Source: an uncultured Gammaproteobacteria bacterium
Lineage (GTDB): Bacteria > Patescibacteriota > Patescibacteriia > Patescibacteriales > UBA12465
Direction of reading: 5' to 3'
Length of the DNA stretch: 64,000 nucleotides
NCBI GenBank assembly: GCA_964639785.1
Contig: CAZXEE010000001.1
Location: 314,556 to 378,555 of the forward strand
Below the pieces are notes generated by a model. It was not told the DNA's origin and ran no database searches. It was given only the letters and a program-made list of their open reading frames with translations. A program made the position numbers and the translations under genes. Within the stretch, counting starts at the first letter, position 1. Each line of letters starts with the position of its first letter. Shown one piece after another: positions 20,900 through 30,643 of the stretch.

Positions 20900-20911
20900 T
20901 TTGAAAGCATC

Positions 20912-20938
20912 AAAAAGCCCGTAAATTACGGGCTTTTT
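20912..20938 (+). terminator. Intrinsic terminator
   Basis: AAAAAGCCCGTAA-A-TTACGGGCTTTTT. Confidence 0.8.
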
Positions 20939-20988
20939 AATTTAATGCTATTCTTGCTATAATTAAGTATCAATAACATATCTATAAT

Positions 20989-22281
20989 ATGAAAAATCTT
21001 GAATCATGCTTTTCTTTTAATCGTCCTGATTCCAATCAAGAAGAGGACTCTCCGATAAAACCGGGAGAGGTTTTTGATGCTTCTAAGGAGTTATTGGAAA
21101 TAAAGAAAAGCCACGGAGCTGAAGGTCTGGAGCAATTAGCGCTTTTCAAGGAAAAATTGAAGTATCAGAAGGAAGGCTTAGCTATGATTGAAGATAAGCT
21201 GATGGACTATTTACATAATAATTCTGATTTTTCTTTGCCGGATATCAGGGACTTAATAGCTTCAGACCTAGATAAATATGGTTTTGGCCAGGATTTCCGT
21301 GAAAGCATGTTGGATTTTTCCAAGAATTTATTTAACCGTTCTAAGAATATCAAAAAAGTCGTGTCAGAATGCTTGGATGAGGGTGGTAATCTAGATAATG
21401 CTAAGCTTTTCGAAAGATTGTTTTTCCGTCCGCCTTTGGGCGATCTTAAGGTGGAAGTTGATAATATCAGCATTTATGTCCGTTTGAACAATGATGATGA
21501 CTTTGCTTATATAGCTCGTGGCGCTTATAAAAAGAAGCGAGCCATTAATGATGTTGATCGGGAAGTTGCCCAGTCAACTGGCGGATTGGCGCTCAGCGAT
21601 TATCCTAGCGCTAAATTAAGAGGGCTGATCTTGGTGGAGTGTCCGGATTATTATGAAAACGAAAATGTCCATCAGGAAACCAAGCTGCATGAACAGCAGC
21701 ATGCTTTTAATTTTCTTTTGAAAAAATTCGAGTTCTCTGATTATGAACTGGGGTTGAAGAAATTAACCGCCTTTAATGAGTCTAATGATGAAGAATTGGA
21801 TGAGGACGAGAAGGGTAATAATTCAATCATGTTCTTGATCAATAATCCAAGAATTGAGGCAGCCATTAAAGATGAGATTACCGCTTATTTAAAGGGCCGA
21901 ACCGACACGAAAGAAATCAGCAATGCCTTGTTGTCGCCGGACACTATCTATGATTTTGGGTCTGGGTATAATTTGCCGGATATTACTGATAGCGACGGTT
22001 CTCTGAGCTATAAATACATGAAGTTGGTAGAGCAGGGTCTTATTGCTTTTGCTAAGCTGCAAGAAGAAGGCTATCCTTATGAAGCAGTCCATGCTGTCTT
22101 GTTTTCTGAACCTTTGGCCTTTTGGTTGAAGGCGGCCCAGAGGATCGATGGAGAAAAGATCAGTCCGGAAAAATTTAAAGAATTGGAGGAAAAATATATT
22201 GCGCCTCACATTCTGGAAAATATGATTAATACTAAAAAGAGTGAGATGGATGAGGTGATCGACACGTCAGAAGAAGCTTAG
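20989..22281 (+). CDS. Hypothetical protein with zincin-like HExxH motif
   Basis: LHEQQHAF plus downstream KDEITAY; acidic, no signal peptide. Confidence 0.55.
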   Translation: MKNLESCFSFNRPDSNQEEDSPIKPGEVFDASKELLEIKKSHGAEGLEQLALFKEKLKYQKEGLAMIEDKLMDYLHNNSDFSLPDIRDLIASDLDKYGFGQDFRESMLDFSKNLFNRSKNIKKVVSECLDEGGNLDNAKLFERLFFRPPLGDLKVEVDNISIYVRLNNDDDFAYIARGAYKKKRAINDVDREVAQSTGGLALSDYPSAKLRGLILVECPDYYENENVHQETKLHEQQHAFNFLLKKFEFSDYELGLKKLTAFNESNDEELDEDEKGNNSIMFLINNPRIEAAIKDEITAYLKGRTDTKEISNALLSPDTIYDFGSGYNLPDITDSDGSLSYKYMKLVEQGLIAFAKLQEEGYPYEAVHAVLFSEPLAFWLKAAQRIDGEKISPEKFKELEEKYIAPHILENMINTKKSEMDEVIDTSEEA

Positions 22282-22293
22282 GTATAATAATTT

Positions 22294-22325
22294 AAAAAAA
22301 CTATCAGATTGCTGATAGTTTTTTT
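22294..22325. terminator. Bidirectional terminator
   Basis: AAAAAAACTATCAG-ATTG-CTGATAGTTTTTTT. Confidence 0.8.
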
Positions 22326-22335
22326 GTTTTTCAAA

Positions 22336-23193
22336 TTATTTTATCTTGGCAACTATTATCCTGTCTTGCTGTCGGAAATCTTTCAATATCTCTATTTCAG
22401 CTCTAGGCCAATCATCTTTGATCAACTGGGTGATGGTTTCTGTTTGTCCCGGGTCTATCTCCAGGACTAGGGAAATGCTGGGAGCTTCAACTGTAGTTAA
22501 TTGGCTGAGCATCCGACGGTATAGGTCCAATCCATCGATTCCAGAAATCAAAGCAGTCTTTGGTTCTTTCTGGATGGAAGGTGAGTTTTTGACTTGGGCT
22601 GGGGTTAGGTAAGGCAGGTTGGCTAGAATGATCAGGGGGCAGGAAAATCCTTGTTTGATGATGGGAGAAAGGAGATCGTCGTGCTGGAAGAGTATCTTTT
22701 GGTTTAGGTTATGACGCTCGGCATTTTTCTTAGCTATTTTGAGAGCTTCCTTGGATCTTTCTATCGCTTGGTATTCTGTTTCGGCGTTCCGGTTGTTCTT
22801 GGCCACCGCGATAATGATACAGCCGGAACCGGTACCAGTCTCAATTACTTTCACCGGCCCTTCTGAAGGGATCAGCTTCAAAGCCGATTCTACTAACAGC
22901 TCGGTTTCCGGGCGGGGAATCAAGGTATGGCGGTTGACGAGGAAGTCTAGGCCGAAGAATTCTTGGTGTCCGGTTAGATAAGCAGTGGGCCAATTACTGG
23001 TCTTGAGGTTGATGAGGCGCCAGTATTTGATTATTTGCAAAGGAGTCAGCCTTTGTTCCGGATGAGCCAGCAGGAAGACCCGATCTTTTCCTAAGACCAC
23101 AGCTAGAAGCAGTTCTGCTTCCAGGGCAGGCCGGTCGACCTGTTTTTGTTCCAGTCTCTTGGTATTATTTTGGAGAGCTTGTTTGATAGTCAT
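22336..23193 (-). CDS. prmC: Release factor glutamine methyltransferase
   Basis: LIPRPETE, GTGSGCI, ANLPY, EP..AL.SG.DGL; downstream of prfA. Confidence 0.93.
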   Translation of the reverse strand: MTIKQALQNNTKRLEQKQVDRPALEAELLLAVVLGKDRVFLLAHPEQRLTPLQIIKYWRLINLKTSNWPTAYLTGHQEFFGLDFLVNRHTLIPRPETELLVESALKLIPSEGPVKVIETGTGSGCIIIAVAKNNRNAETEYQAIERSKEALKIAKKNAERHNLNQKILFQHDDLLSPIIKQGFSCPLIILANLPYLTPAQVKNSPSIQKEPKTALISGIDGLDLYRRMLSQLTTVEAPSISLVLEIDPGQTETITQLIKDDWPRAEIEILKDFRQQDRIIVAKIK

Positions 23194-23229
23194 GGTTATA
23201 ATTAAAATCCCGAATAGATCGGGATTTTT

Positions 23230-24267
23230 TTATCTTTCTAAGTTCTGTTTCAAAGCGTTGACGATCTCATCCAGATCGCCTTCCAGGATAGTGGAGATAT
23301 TATGCCAGGATTCTCCGATCCGGTGATCGGTTATCCGGTCCTGCGGGAAATTGTATGTCCTAATCTTGTCGCTGCGGTCACCGCTGCCGACTTGAGTTTT
23401 CCTTTCTTCCGATTCCTTGGCTTGGCGGTCTTCCTCGATCTTGGCTAACAAGCGGGAACGTAAGACCTGCAAAGCTTTTTCTTTGTTCTGATGCTGCGAT
23501 TTCTGGTCTTGGCAGCTGACAATCATGCCGGTTGGGATATGCAGGACCCTGACAGCGGAATAGGTGGTGTTAACGCTCTGGCCGCCCGGTCCGGAGGAAC
23601 AGAAGGTATCGATGCGGACATCGCTCATCTTGATTTCTAGATCGACTTCTTCCGCTTTAGGCAAAACGACGACGGTCGAGGTTGAAGTATGGATCCGGCC
23701 TTGCTTTTCGGTCTCCGGGACTCTTTGGACGCGGTGGGTGCCGGCTTCGTATTTGAAGAGGCCATAGGCGCCGGAGCCTTTGATTTCGAAAATGATTTCT
23801 TTGTAGCCGCCTAGGCCCATCGGGCTGGAGTTCAGAATGTCGATTTTCAGGTTATGTTTTTCAGCGAAACGGGTGTACATCCGGAAAAGGTCAGCAGTGA
23901 AGAGAGCTGATTCGTCGCCGCCGGTACCGCCACGGATTTCGATAATGGCGTCTTTCTTGTCATTAGGGTTGGCTGGGTGCAGTTCCTCCTTGATGGCTAT
24001 TTCCAATTTAGCGGCTTTGTCTTCCAGTTCTCTGATTTCATCTTCGGCCATCTTCTTGAGTTCCGGGTCGGTCTCAGTCTTGAGCATTTCCTGGTTTCCG
24101 GCCAAGTTTTCCTGGGCCTTTTCTAAATCTAAAATCAACTCATAGGCAGTCTTGAGGTTGGAGTGTTCTTTGGAAATCTTAGTCATCTCGTTCCGGTCAT
24201 TCATCAATGCCGGGTCGGACAGCTTAGCTTCCAGTTCTTTGAATTTTTGCTTGATATCTTCGTACAT
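23230..24267 (-). CDS. prfA: Peptide chain release factor 1
   Basis: PxT (PET) motif, [17 protein letters not shown]. Confidence 0.97.
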   Translation of the reverse strand: MYEDIKQKFKELEAKLSDPALMNDRNEMTKISKEHSNLKTAYELILDLEKAQENLAGNQEMLKTETDPELKKMAEDEIRELEDKAAKLEIAIKEELHPANPNDKKDAIIEIRGGTGGDESALFTADLFRMYTRFAEKHNLKIDILNSSPMGLGGYKEIIFEIKGSGAYGLFKYEAGTHRVQRVPETEKQGRIHTSTSTVVVLPKAEEVDLEIKMSDVRIDTFCSSGPGGQSVNTTYSAVRVLHIPTGMIVSCQDQKSQHQNKEKALQVLRSRLLAKIEEDRQAKESEERKTQVGSGDRSDKIRTYNFPQDRITDHRIGESWHNISTILEGDLDEIVNALKQNLER

Positions 24268-24286
24268 AAAAAGGAGTTTTATAAAA

Positions 24287-24349
24287 AATTGGCCTCCCGA
24301 TAATTATAGTTTGATGCAAGATAAAACTACAATTATAGAGAGGCCAATT
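24287..24349 (-). terminator. Long imperfect hairpin followed by U-tract between rpmE and prfA
   Basis: AATTGGCCTC...GAGGCCAATT outer arms with inner ATAATT/TAGTTT arms; G-U pairs favour the minus strand. Confidence 0.6.
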
Positions 24350-24356
24350 ATCGTAT

Positions 24357-24641
24357 TTATTTCTGGTTCTTGGCAGCTTTCTTGGTGGCGAGGGCAGCTC
24401 TTTTGACTTTCTTACCTTTGCGGAGTTCAGCAGCTTCTTTCTGTTTGCTGACCTTAGCATTGAATTTCTCGGCCCGTCCAGCAGCATCGACTAATTTCTG
24501 TTTGCCAGTGTAGAAAGGATGGCATTTGGAACAAAGATCAGTCTTGATCTCAGGATCGGTTGAACCGGTTTCAAAAGTATTACCACAAGCGCATGATGCA
24601 GTGATCTTACTGTTGTATTTTGGGTGTATGTCTTTTTTCAT
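24357..24641 (-). CDS. rpmE: 50S ribosomal protein L31 (Zn-binding type)
   Basis: [23 protein letters not shown]; Lys-rich tail. Confidence 0.95.
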   Translation of the reverse strand: MKKDIHPKYNSKITASCACGNTFETGSTDPEIKTDLCSKCHPFYTGKQKLVDAAGRAEKFNAKVSKQKEAAELRKGKKVKRAALATKKAAKNQK

Positions 24642-24845
24642 AGTCATTATAAAAAGCGAGAAAAACCATTCAGAGGAGTTCTATCGCTTAATTATTCGCT
24701 TATTTTTTGATAGATTTAGAATATCATAGTAATAAAATTTAATCAAGAGGAGGGGCCATAATCGTTTATTTTTGTAAAATAGGGTTTGAAAAATAAGATT
24801 TAGGGTGTTATGATGTTAAAAACTATTAATTAATGTCATAAAAAT

Positions 24846-25817
24846 ATGAAAATACTCGTTACCGGCGGCGCCGGCTTTATCGGTTCTAATTTTATCCATT
24901 ATTGGCTGCGCTCCTATCCGGATGATTCAATCGTTAATCTGGATAAGCTGACTTATGCCGGAAATCTGGACAATCTGAGAGGATTAGAGACTAACACCCG
25001 CTATGAATTCGTCCAGGGTGATATCTGCGACTTTGATTTGGTTGATAATCTGATCAAATCCAAGGGAATCGATCTGATCATCCATTTTGCGGCTGAGAGC
25101 CATGTTGACCGGTCGATCAAGAACAGCGCTGAGTTTATCCATACTAATGTTGAGGGAACTAGAGTCTTATTGGAAGCAGCCCGCTTGAATGGCAATATCC
25201 GTTTCCATCATATCTCGACCGATGAAGTGTTCGGCGCTCTCCAGCCGGAAGACCCTAAGTTCGATGAGAAGACACCATATGACCCGCATTCTCCTTACAG
25301 CGCTTCCAAGGCTTCCTCAGACCATCTAGTCCGCGCCTATTACCATACCCACGGTCTGCCGATCACTATTTCCAATTGTTCCAACAATTATGGTCCGCGC
25401 CAATTCCCGGAAAAGTTGATCCCTCTTTTCGTAACTAATCTGATCGAGGGCAAGAAGGTGCCGGTCTATGGCCAGGGCCAGAATATCCGTGATTGGATCT
25501 ATGTCGATGACCATAATCGCGGGGTGGATTTCATCATCCACAAAGGCAAGATCGGTGAGACATATTGCTTGGGCGGAAACAATGAATTGACCAATATGCA
25601 GATTACTAATGACATCCTGAGTATCATGGGTAAGGGGGAAGAGTCAATCGAATATGTGACCGACCGTCCGGGCCACGATTTCCGTTATGCTATAGATTTT
25701 GCTAAGGCTAAAGCGGACTTAGGTTGGGAGCCTCAGGTTGATTTTGCTACCGGCTTGAAGATGACTGTCGAATGGTATCAGAATAATCCGGAGTGGTGGC
25801 AGAAGTTAAAGAAATAA
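24846..25817 (+). CDS. rfbB: dTDP-glucose 4,6-dehydratase
   Basis: GGAGFIGS, DKLTYAG, AAESHVDRS, STDEV, YSASK, DRPGHD. Confidence 0.96.
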   Translation: MKILVTGGAGFIGSNFIHYWLRSYPDDSIVNLDKLTYAGNLDNLRGLETNTRYEFVQGDICDFDLVDNLIKSKGIDLIIHFAAESHVDRSIKNSAEFIHTNVEGTRVLLEAARLNGNIRFHHISTDEVFGALQPEDPKFDEKTPYDPHSPYSASKASSDHLVRAYYHTHGLPITISNCSNNYGPRQFPEKLIPLFVTNLIEGKKVPVYGQGQNIRDWIYVDDHNRGVDFIIHKGKIGETYCLGGNNELTNMQITNDILSIMGKGEESIEYVTDRPGHDFRYAIDFAKAKADLGWEPQVDFATGLKMTVEWYQNNPEWWQKLKK

Positions 25818-25818
25818 T

Positions 25819-26670
25819 ATGAAAGTATTGATCATCGGGTCTCAGGGAAACCTGGGCAGCCAATTAGTCAAAACTTTCGGTTCCGAGGCAATCGCTTGGG
25901 ACAGGGAAGATTTGGATATTACTGACAGGGAGGCTGTTTTGGAAAAGATCACAGCTTTAAGGCCAGACATAATCATCAATGCCACGGCCTATAACGCGGT
26001 TGATAAATGTGAAGAGACTGAGATGGAGAATGAACTGGCCAAGAAGTTGAATGGCGCTGCGGTGGGCTATTTAGCTGAAGCGGCCTTGGAAACCAATGCT
26101 ATTTTGGTCCATTATTCTACTGATTACGTCTTTGATGGGGAAAACCAGCGCGGTTATTATGAAAACGACGTTCCTGACCCGATTAACAATTATGGCCGGA
26201 GCAAATTATTAGGAGAACAGAACTTGTATACCAAAAGTGCACAAGGTTTGAAATATTATCTGATCAGGACCTCGAAACTCTTCGGTCCCAAGGGGCCGAG
26301 CTCGGTGTCTAAGCCGAGTTTCTTCGATATCATGCTTAATTTATCCAAGGAAAAGCCGGAGTTGAAGGCGGTTGATGCCGAACTGAGCTGCTTTACTTAT
26401 ACCGTCGATTTGGCGGCTCAGACCAAGGAATTATTATCAAATGATTATTCCTTCGGCGTCTATCACGTGGTAAATGGCGGTCCGGTTACCTGGTATGAGG
26501 CGGCTACCAAGCTATTTGAAATTGCTGGCATCCGTGTTAAACTGATGGCAGTTCCGAGCCAGGCTTTCCCACGTCCGGCTCTTCGACCGAACTATTCGGT
26601 TTTGCTTAATACTAAAATGCCGCCCTTGAGAGATTTCTCGGAGGCGTTAGCTGAATATTTAAATTTATGA
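25819..26670 (+). CDS. rfbD: dTDP-4-dehydrorhamnose reductase
   Basis: [35 protein letters not shown]. Confidence 0.93.
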   Translation: MKVLIIGSQGNLGSQLVKTFGSEAIAWDREDLDITDREAVLEKITALRPDIIINATAYNAVDKCEETEMENELAKKLNGAAVGYLAEAALETNAILVHYSTDYVFDGENQRGYYENDVPDPINNYGRSKLLGEQNLYTKSAQGLKYYLIRTSKLFGPKGPSSVSKPSFFDIMLNLSKEKPELKAVDAELSCFTYTVDLAAQTKELLSNDYSFGVYHVVNGGPVTWYEAATKLFEIAGIRVKLMAVPSQAFPRPALRPNYSVLLNTKMPPLRDFSEALAEYLNL

Positions 26671-27392
26671 AAGGCATAATTCTTTCTGGTGGCAGCGCTA
26701 CCAGGCTTCGTCCTTGTACCAAGGTGACTTCCAAGCAGTTGTTGCCGGTCTATAATCGTCCGATGATCTATTATCCTCTGAATACCTTGATCAAAGCCGG
26801 TATCAAAGAGATCATGATCATTGTCGCGCCGGAAAGAGCTGGCGATTACCTGAATCTTTTGGGTAGCGGCAAGGAATTCGGAGTCAAGTTTACCTATGAA
26901 GTCCAAGACAAGCCGGAAGGCTTGGCCCAAGCCTTCATCATCGGCGAAACCTTTATCGAAGACGATTCGGTCTGTATGATCTTGGGAGACAATATCTTTG
27001 AGGATGATCTTTCGGAAAGCGTCAAAAGTTTCAAGTCCGGGGCTAAAGTATTCGCTAAGCAGGTTAAGGATCCGGAGAGATTTGGAATCGTTGAATTCGA
27101 TGAGAATATGAAAGCGATCTCGATTGAAGAGAAGCCGGCTCAGCCGAAATCTAACTATTGCGTAACCGGTATGTATGTCTACGACAACAGAGTGGTTAAT
27201 GTCGCCAAGAATTTGAAACCATCGGCTCGAGGAGAGTTAGAGATTACCGATATCAACAAGTGGTATTTAGAGCAGGGAGAGTTAGAGGTGGCTATGATCG
27301 ATGGCGCTTGGATCGATGCCGGGACATTCGATAGCTTATTGGAAGCCCAGAATCTGGCGAAAGAGAAGCTACAAAGCAAATTGATAATCTAG
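26667..27392 (+). CDS. rfbA: Glucose-1-phosphate thymidylyltransferase (short form)
   Basis: [35 protein letters not shown]. Confidence 0.93.
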   Translation: MKGIILSGGSATRLRPCTKVTSKQLLPVYNRPMIYYPLNTLIKAGIKEIMIIVAPERAGDYLNLLGSGKEFGVKFTYEVQDKPEGLAQAFIIGETFIEDDSVCMILGDNIFEDDLSESVKSFKSGAKVFAKQVKDPERFGIVEFDENMKAISIEEKPAQPKSNYCVTGMYVYDNRVVNVAKNLKPSARGELEITDINKWYLEQGELEVAMIDGAWIDAGTFDSLLEAQNLAKEKLQSKLII

Positions 27393-27399
27393 GAAATAG

Positions 27400-27428
27400 A
27401 AAAAGCCTTTCTGATGAAAGGCTTTTTT
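27400..27428. terminator. Bidirectional terminator
   Basis: AAAAAGCCTTTC-TGAT-GAAAGGCTTTTTT. Confidence 0.78.
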
Positions 27429-27452
27429 AGTACGTTTTTGTTTTTCGAAAGA

Positions 27453-27677
27453 TTAGAAGAAGTTAGAGCAAGGCATCGGTTTAGCTCTGACAACTCTTTT
27501 TTTCAGGCCGCTTTTTTTGTGGCACTTGTATGTGCTGACGGCTTTTTTCTTCGAATGTTTGCTGTTGGTTAATGGCTTTTTTGATGCTCCTTTGAAAGGA
27601 CTGTTACCGGCCATTATAGGGGTGGAGAGGGTAAGCGTAAAAATGCTGATCAGGAACAAGGCAATGAACTTTTTCAT
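27453..27677 (-). CDS. Small secreted basic protein
   Basis: Signal peptide, Lys-rich mature part with 2 Cys; GGAGG SD and its own promoter. Confidence 0.65.
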   Translation of the reverse strand: MKKFIALFLISIFTLTLSTPIMAGNSPFKGASKKPLTNSKHSKKKAVSTYKCHKKSGLKKRVVRAKPMPCSNFF

Positions 27678-27727
27678 TTTTTTATCCTCCGTGTTTTGTT
27701 ATTATTTGTACTGTTTTCGATGGTGAG

Positions 27728-27756
27728 ACTATATCATAAAGATAGCAATTTGTCAA
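27728..27756 (-). promoter_or_regulatory. Sigma70-type promoter
   Basis: TTGACA-17bp-TATAGT with TGn on the minus strand. Confidence 0.6.
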
Positions 27757-27842
27757 GATATTGGAATCTTGTCTGGCTTTTTCTCTGGTTTTTGCCTATT
27801 TTTGTTAAATCTGGTATAGTAGTCACATAATATACTACGCAT

Positions 27843-29126
27843 ATGAATAAAAAAACTTTATCTAATCAAGCAGTCAAAGGCATGGCCGATTGGCTACCGG
27901 AAGAATTAGCAGTCAGGCGATATATCTTTGATACCTGGAGACGGGTCTGCCTGTCTTATGGCCTCGAAGAATATCTGACTCCAGTCTTGGAGAGCGCCGA
28001 GATCTATCGAGCCAAGAGTGGCGATGATGTCGGCAACAAAGAGTTGATGGTCTTTGTCGATCAGGGAGGCCGGGAACTGGCTTTGCGCCCAGAGATGACT
28101 CCCTCGGTCACCAGATTAGTCTCCAAGATTTATGATACTTGCCCGAAGCCGATCAAATATTTTTCCATCGCTAATTTCGTCCGGAACGAGAAACCGCAGC
28201 GCGGCCGTAATCGGGAATTCTGGCAATTGAATTGCGATATCTTCGGCAGCTCCAGCTTGTCCTCTGATATTGAGATCCTGACCTTGGCTTTGGATTTGGT
28301 GTTAGCTTTCAATCCGCCAGCCGATTCTTTTGTTCTATCTCTCAATCACCGCCATCTATTGGATGACTTTTTGTCATTGCTCAAGGTTAATCATGAGAAG
28401 AAATTGGCAGTGGCTCGGATATTGGATAAGTACTTGAAGCTGAGCGCAGCTGATTTCTCCAAATGCTTGAGCGATCTAGGATTAGATAGCGAACAGATCA
28501 AGACCATTATCAAATTCATGACAGCCATCAGTTTGGATGACCTGAAACATCGTTTACCTGAACTAGCGGAGAGTGAAGGCTTGAAAGATTTGGAAAAGAT
28601 TATGGCCGCTCTCAAGAAGGCTGGTTACCAGAAGCACATCGAATTCAAGCCGAGCGTTATCCGCGGTTTTGATTATTATGATGGTTTGATCTTCGAGATG
28701 TTCGACAAGCATCCGGATAATAATCGGGCGATGTTCGGTGGCGGCCGTTACAACGGTTTGGCCGAACTTTTCGGAGCTAAGAGCTTCCCGGCTATCGGTT
28801 TCGCTCCGGGCGATGAAACGACTAAATTATTCCTAGAGAGCTGGGGCTTGCTTAAGAAGTTGGATTTGAGCGATGAGCATAAATATTATTTGCCTTTATT
28901 AAGTCCTGATTTAGAAATGGAAACTTTCAAGCTGGCCAAGAAACTTCGGGCTAAGGGTCTGAATATCGCTATGGGCTTGGAAGTAGCCAAGGTTGGCAAG
29001 GCCTTGGAGTATGCTAACAAGAAGGGCATTTCCCAGGTTATTATTTTTGGTGATGATGAAGCAGCCAAGAAGATCTATAAGATCAAGAACATGAAGAGCG
29101 GGTCTGAGAAGAAGGTTAAATTATAA
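27843..29126 (+). CDS. hisS: Histidine--tRNA ligase
   Basis: LRPEMT, RNEKPQRGRNREFWQ, RGFDYY, GGGRY. Confidence 0.96.
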   Translation: MNKKTLSNQAVKGMADWLPEELAVRRYIFDTWRRVCLSYGLEEYLTPVLESAEIYRAKSGDDVGNKELMVFVDQGGRELALRPEMTPSVTRLVSKIYDTCPKPIKYFSIANFVRNEKPQRGRNREFWQLNCDIFGSSSLSSDIEILTLALDLVLAFNPPADSFVLSLNHRHLLDDFLSLLKVNHEKKLAVARILDKYLKLSAADFSKCLSDLGLDSEQIKTIIKFMTAISLDDLKHRLPELAESEGLKDLEKIMAALKKAGYQKHIEFKPSVIRGFDYYDGLIFEMFDKHPDNNRAMFGGGRYNGLAELFGAKSFPAIGFAPGDETTKLFLESWGLLKKLDLSDEHKYYLPLLSPDLEMETFKLAKKLRAKGLNIAMGLEVAKVGKALEYANKKGISQVIIFGDDEAAKKIYKIKNMKSGSEKKVKL

Positions 29127-29130
29127 TCAT

Positions 29131-29646
29131 ATGAGGAAGAAGATTATTTTGATTTTCTTAGTTATTTCCCTGATAGTTCTATTTTTCTTGTTTTCCCAAG
29201 AGGCCGGCGGATGGAAGAATCGTCAGCCGGAATTCCAATCAGCGGTAACTGCTACGCCTCTGACAGTCTCGGTCTTTTTTGGGAACACCAATAACGATCC
29301 TGATGTCTTGAATTGCGGCACTACTTATCCGGCTAGCCGCCAGATAAAATCAGAGGGTGATAAATACTTGGCTGTCCTGGCTGAGCTTTTAAACGGTCCG
29401 ACTAATACTGAAAAAGACCAAGGCTTCTTTACCGCTATCAATTCCGGAATCAAGTTGCCGGAGGTAGTTTTGACGGATGGCGTCATGACTGTCAATTTCG
29501 CTTCTGATATCGAAACGGCTGTCGGCGGTTCTTGCCGGGTAGCGGCTATCCGTTCCCAGATTGAGAATACTTTGAAGCAGTTTCCGGAGGTTAAAGAGGT
29601 GATTATTGCTGTCGATGGGCGAATAGCGGATGCCTTGCAACCCTGA
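29131..29646 (+). CDS. GerMN domain protein
   Basis: N-terminal TM; ELLNGPT, GGSCRV..IRSQI..TL.QFP.V. Confidence 0.85.
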   Translation: MRKKIILIFLVISLIVLFFLFSQEAGGWKNRQPEFQSAVTATPLTVSVFFGNTNNDPDVLNCGTTYPASRQIKSEGDKYLAVLAELLNGPTNTEKDQGFFTAINSGIKLPEVVLTDGVMTVNFASDIETAVGGSCRVAAIRSQIENTLKQFPEVKEVIIAVDGRIADALQP

Positions 29647-29675
29647 TTGACAAAAGCTGTATAAAATATTAATAT
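29647..29675 (+). promoter_or_regulatory. Sigma70-type promoter
   Basis: TTGACA-17bp-TAATAT. Confidence 0.55.
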
Positions 29676-29769
29676 ATCCTGTTAATAGTATAAAAGAATT
29701 ATCTGATGATAATTCTTTTTAGTAAGTAAGTTCTTTTTATAAACAACCAACATAAAAAAGGAGGGTACC

Positions 29770-30345
29770 TTGAAAAAAAACAACGAAGAACATAAAAGCA
29801 ACGAAGAATTCTGTTTGGTTCTGGTGTTGTCGGATGTCATTGCCAAATATCGGATGGCTGAAGCCTTGTATGATCTTGAGCATCTCAATGAAGATATCAA
29901 GATTGTCGGGGTTAACCTGATGAACCTGACAGAAGAAACCGTTAAGAATCTCCATCGCAAGGATAAAGCTTGGATGGAAAGGGTCGGTGAGCATACTGTC
30001 AGTTTGCGCCAGACGGCTGGCCAGCCTTTAAAGACTGATGCTCTCGGCTATGGCCAGATGATCTGGCAAAGCCTGATTGAATATTACACTTCCGGAAAGG
30101 TGTTGGCTGTTGTTCTGTATGGTCCTGATGCCTGTTCCGAGGCCTACAAACAGGTCGGCAGCTTCAATCCGCAGCATGCCGCTCCAGGAACCTTGCGGGC
30201 TAAGTATGGATGCGACACCAAATATCGTGCTTCGTTTGAAGGTCGAGCGGTAAAGAATGGTTTTTACTGTTCCAACAATCCTTTTGACGGGCTGATGGAT
30301 GTCAAATTATTCTTTCCGAAATTATTAACCGATTTTACCAAGTAG
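29770..30345 (+). CDS. Nucleoside-diphosphate kinase-like protein lacking catalytic residues
   Basis: YYTSGKVLAVVLYG and AAPGTLRAKYG match the NDK fold; KNGFYCSN replaces N..HxSD; TTG start with AAGGAGG SD. Confidence 0.75.
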   Translation: MKKNNEEHKSNEEFCLVLVLSDVIAKYRMAEALYDLEHLNEDIKIVGVNLMNLTEETVKNLHRKDKAWMERVGEHTVSLRQTAGQPLKTDALGYGQMIWQSLIEYYTSGKVLAVVLYGPDACSEAYKQVGSFNPQHAAPGTLRAKYGCDTKYRASFEGRAVKNGFYCSNNPFDGLMDVKLFFPKLLTDFTK

Positions 30346-30357
30346 AAAGGAGGGACT

Positions 30358-30564
30358 ATGGTTTTGTCTGCCAAAAAAGCATTGATCAGGGAGGAGTTCG
30401 GCTTCTTGTGCCAGGATTTCGAACCGGTGAAGACCACTTTTTTGTGGACTTTCACCAAGACTCCTTTGTCAATCATCGGAACGATTTTTATCTTCTTGCC
30501 CTGCTTCTTGGTTGCCGCCTTATTCCTGTTGGCCAAGACGATCGGGGTCATGTTGTTCTGCTAA
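30358..30564 (+). CDS. Small membrane protein
   Basis: AAGGAGG SD, hydrophobic C-terminal half, terminator at 30577-30605. Confidence 0.6.
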   Translation: MVLSAKKALIREEFGFLCQDFEPVKTTFLWTFTKTPLSIIGTIFIFLPCFLVAALFLLAKTIGVMLFC

Positions 30565-30576
30565 GATTAAAAAATC

Positions 30577-30605
30577 AAAAGGCGCTGTACTAAACGGCGC
30601 CTTTT
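30577..30605 (+). terminator. Intrinsic terminator
   Basis: AAAAGGCGCTGT...ACGGCGCCTTTT. Confidence 0.75.
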
Positions 30606-30608
30606 ATC

Positions 30609-30637
30609 TTGACTTATTTTTCAGTTTTTGCTATGAT
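30609..30637 (+). promoter_or_regulatory. Sigma70-type promoter with no long ORF downstream
   Basis: TTGACT-17bp-TATGAT with TGn. Confidence 0.6.
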
Positions 30638-30643
30638 TTAATT

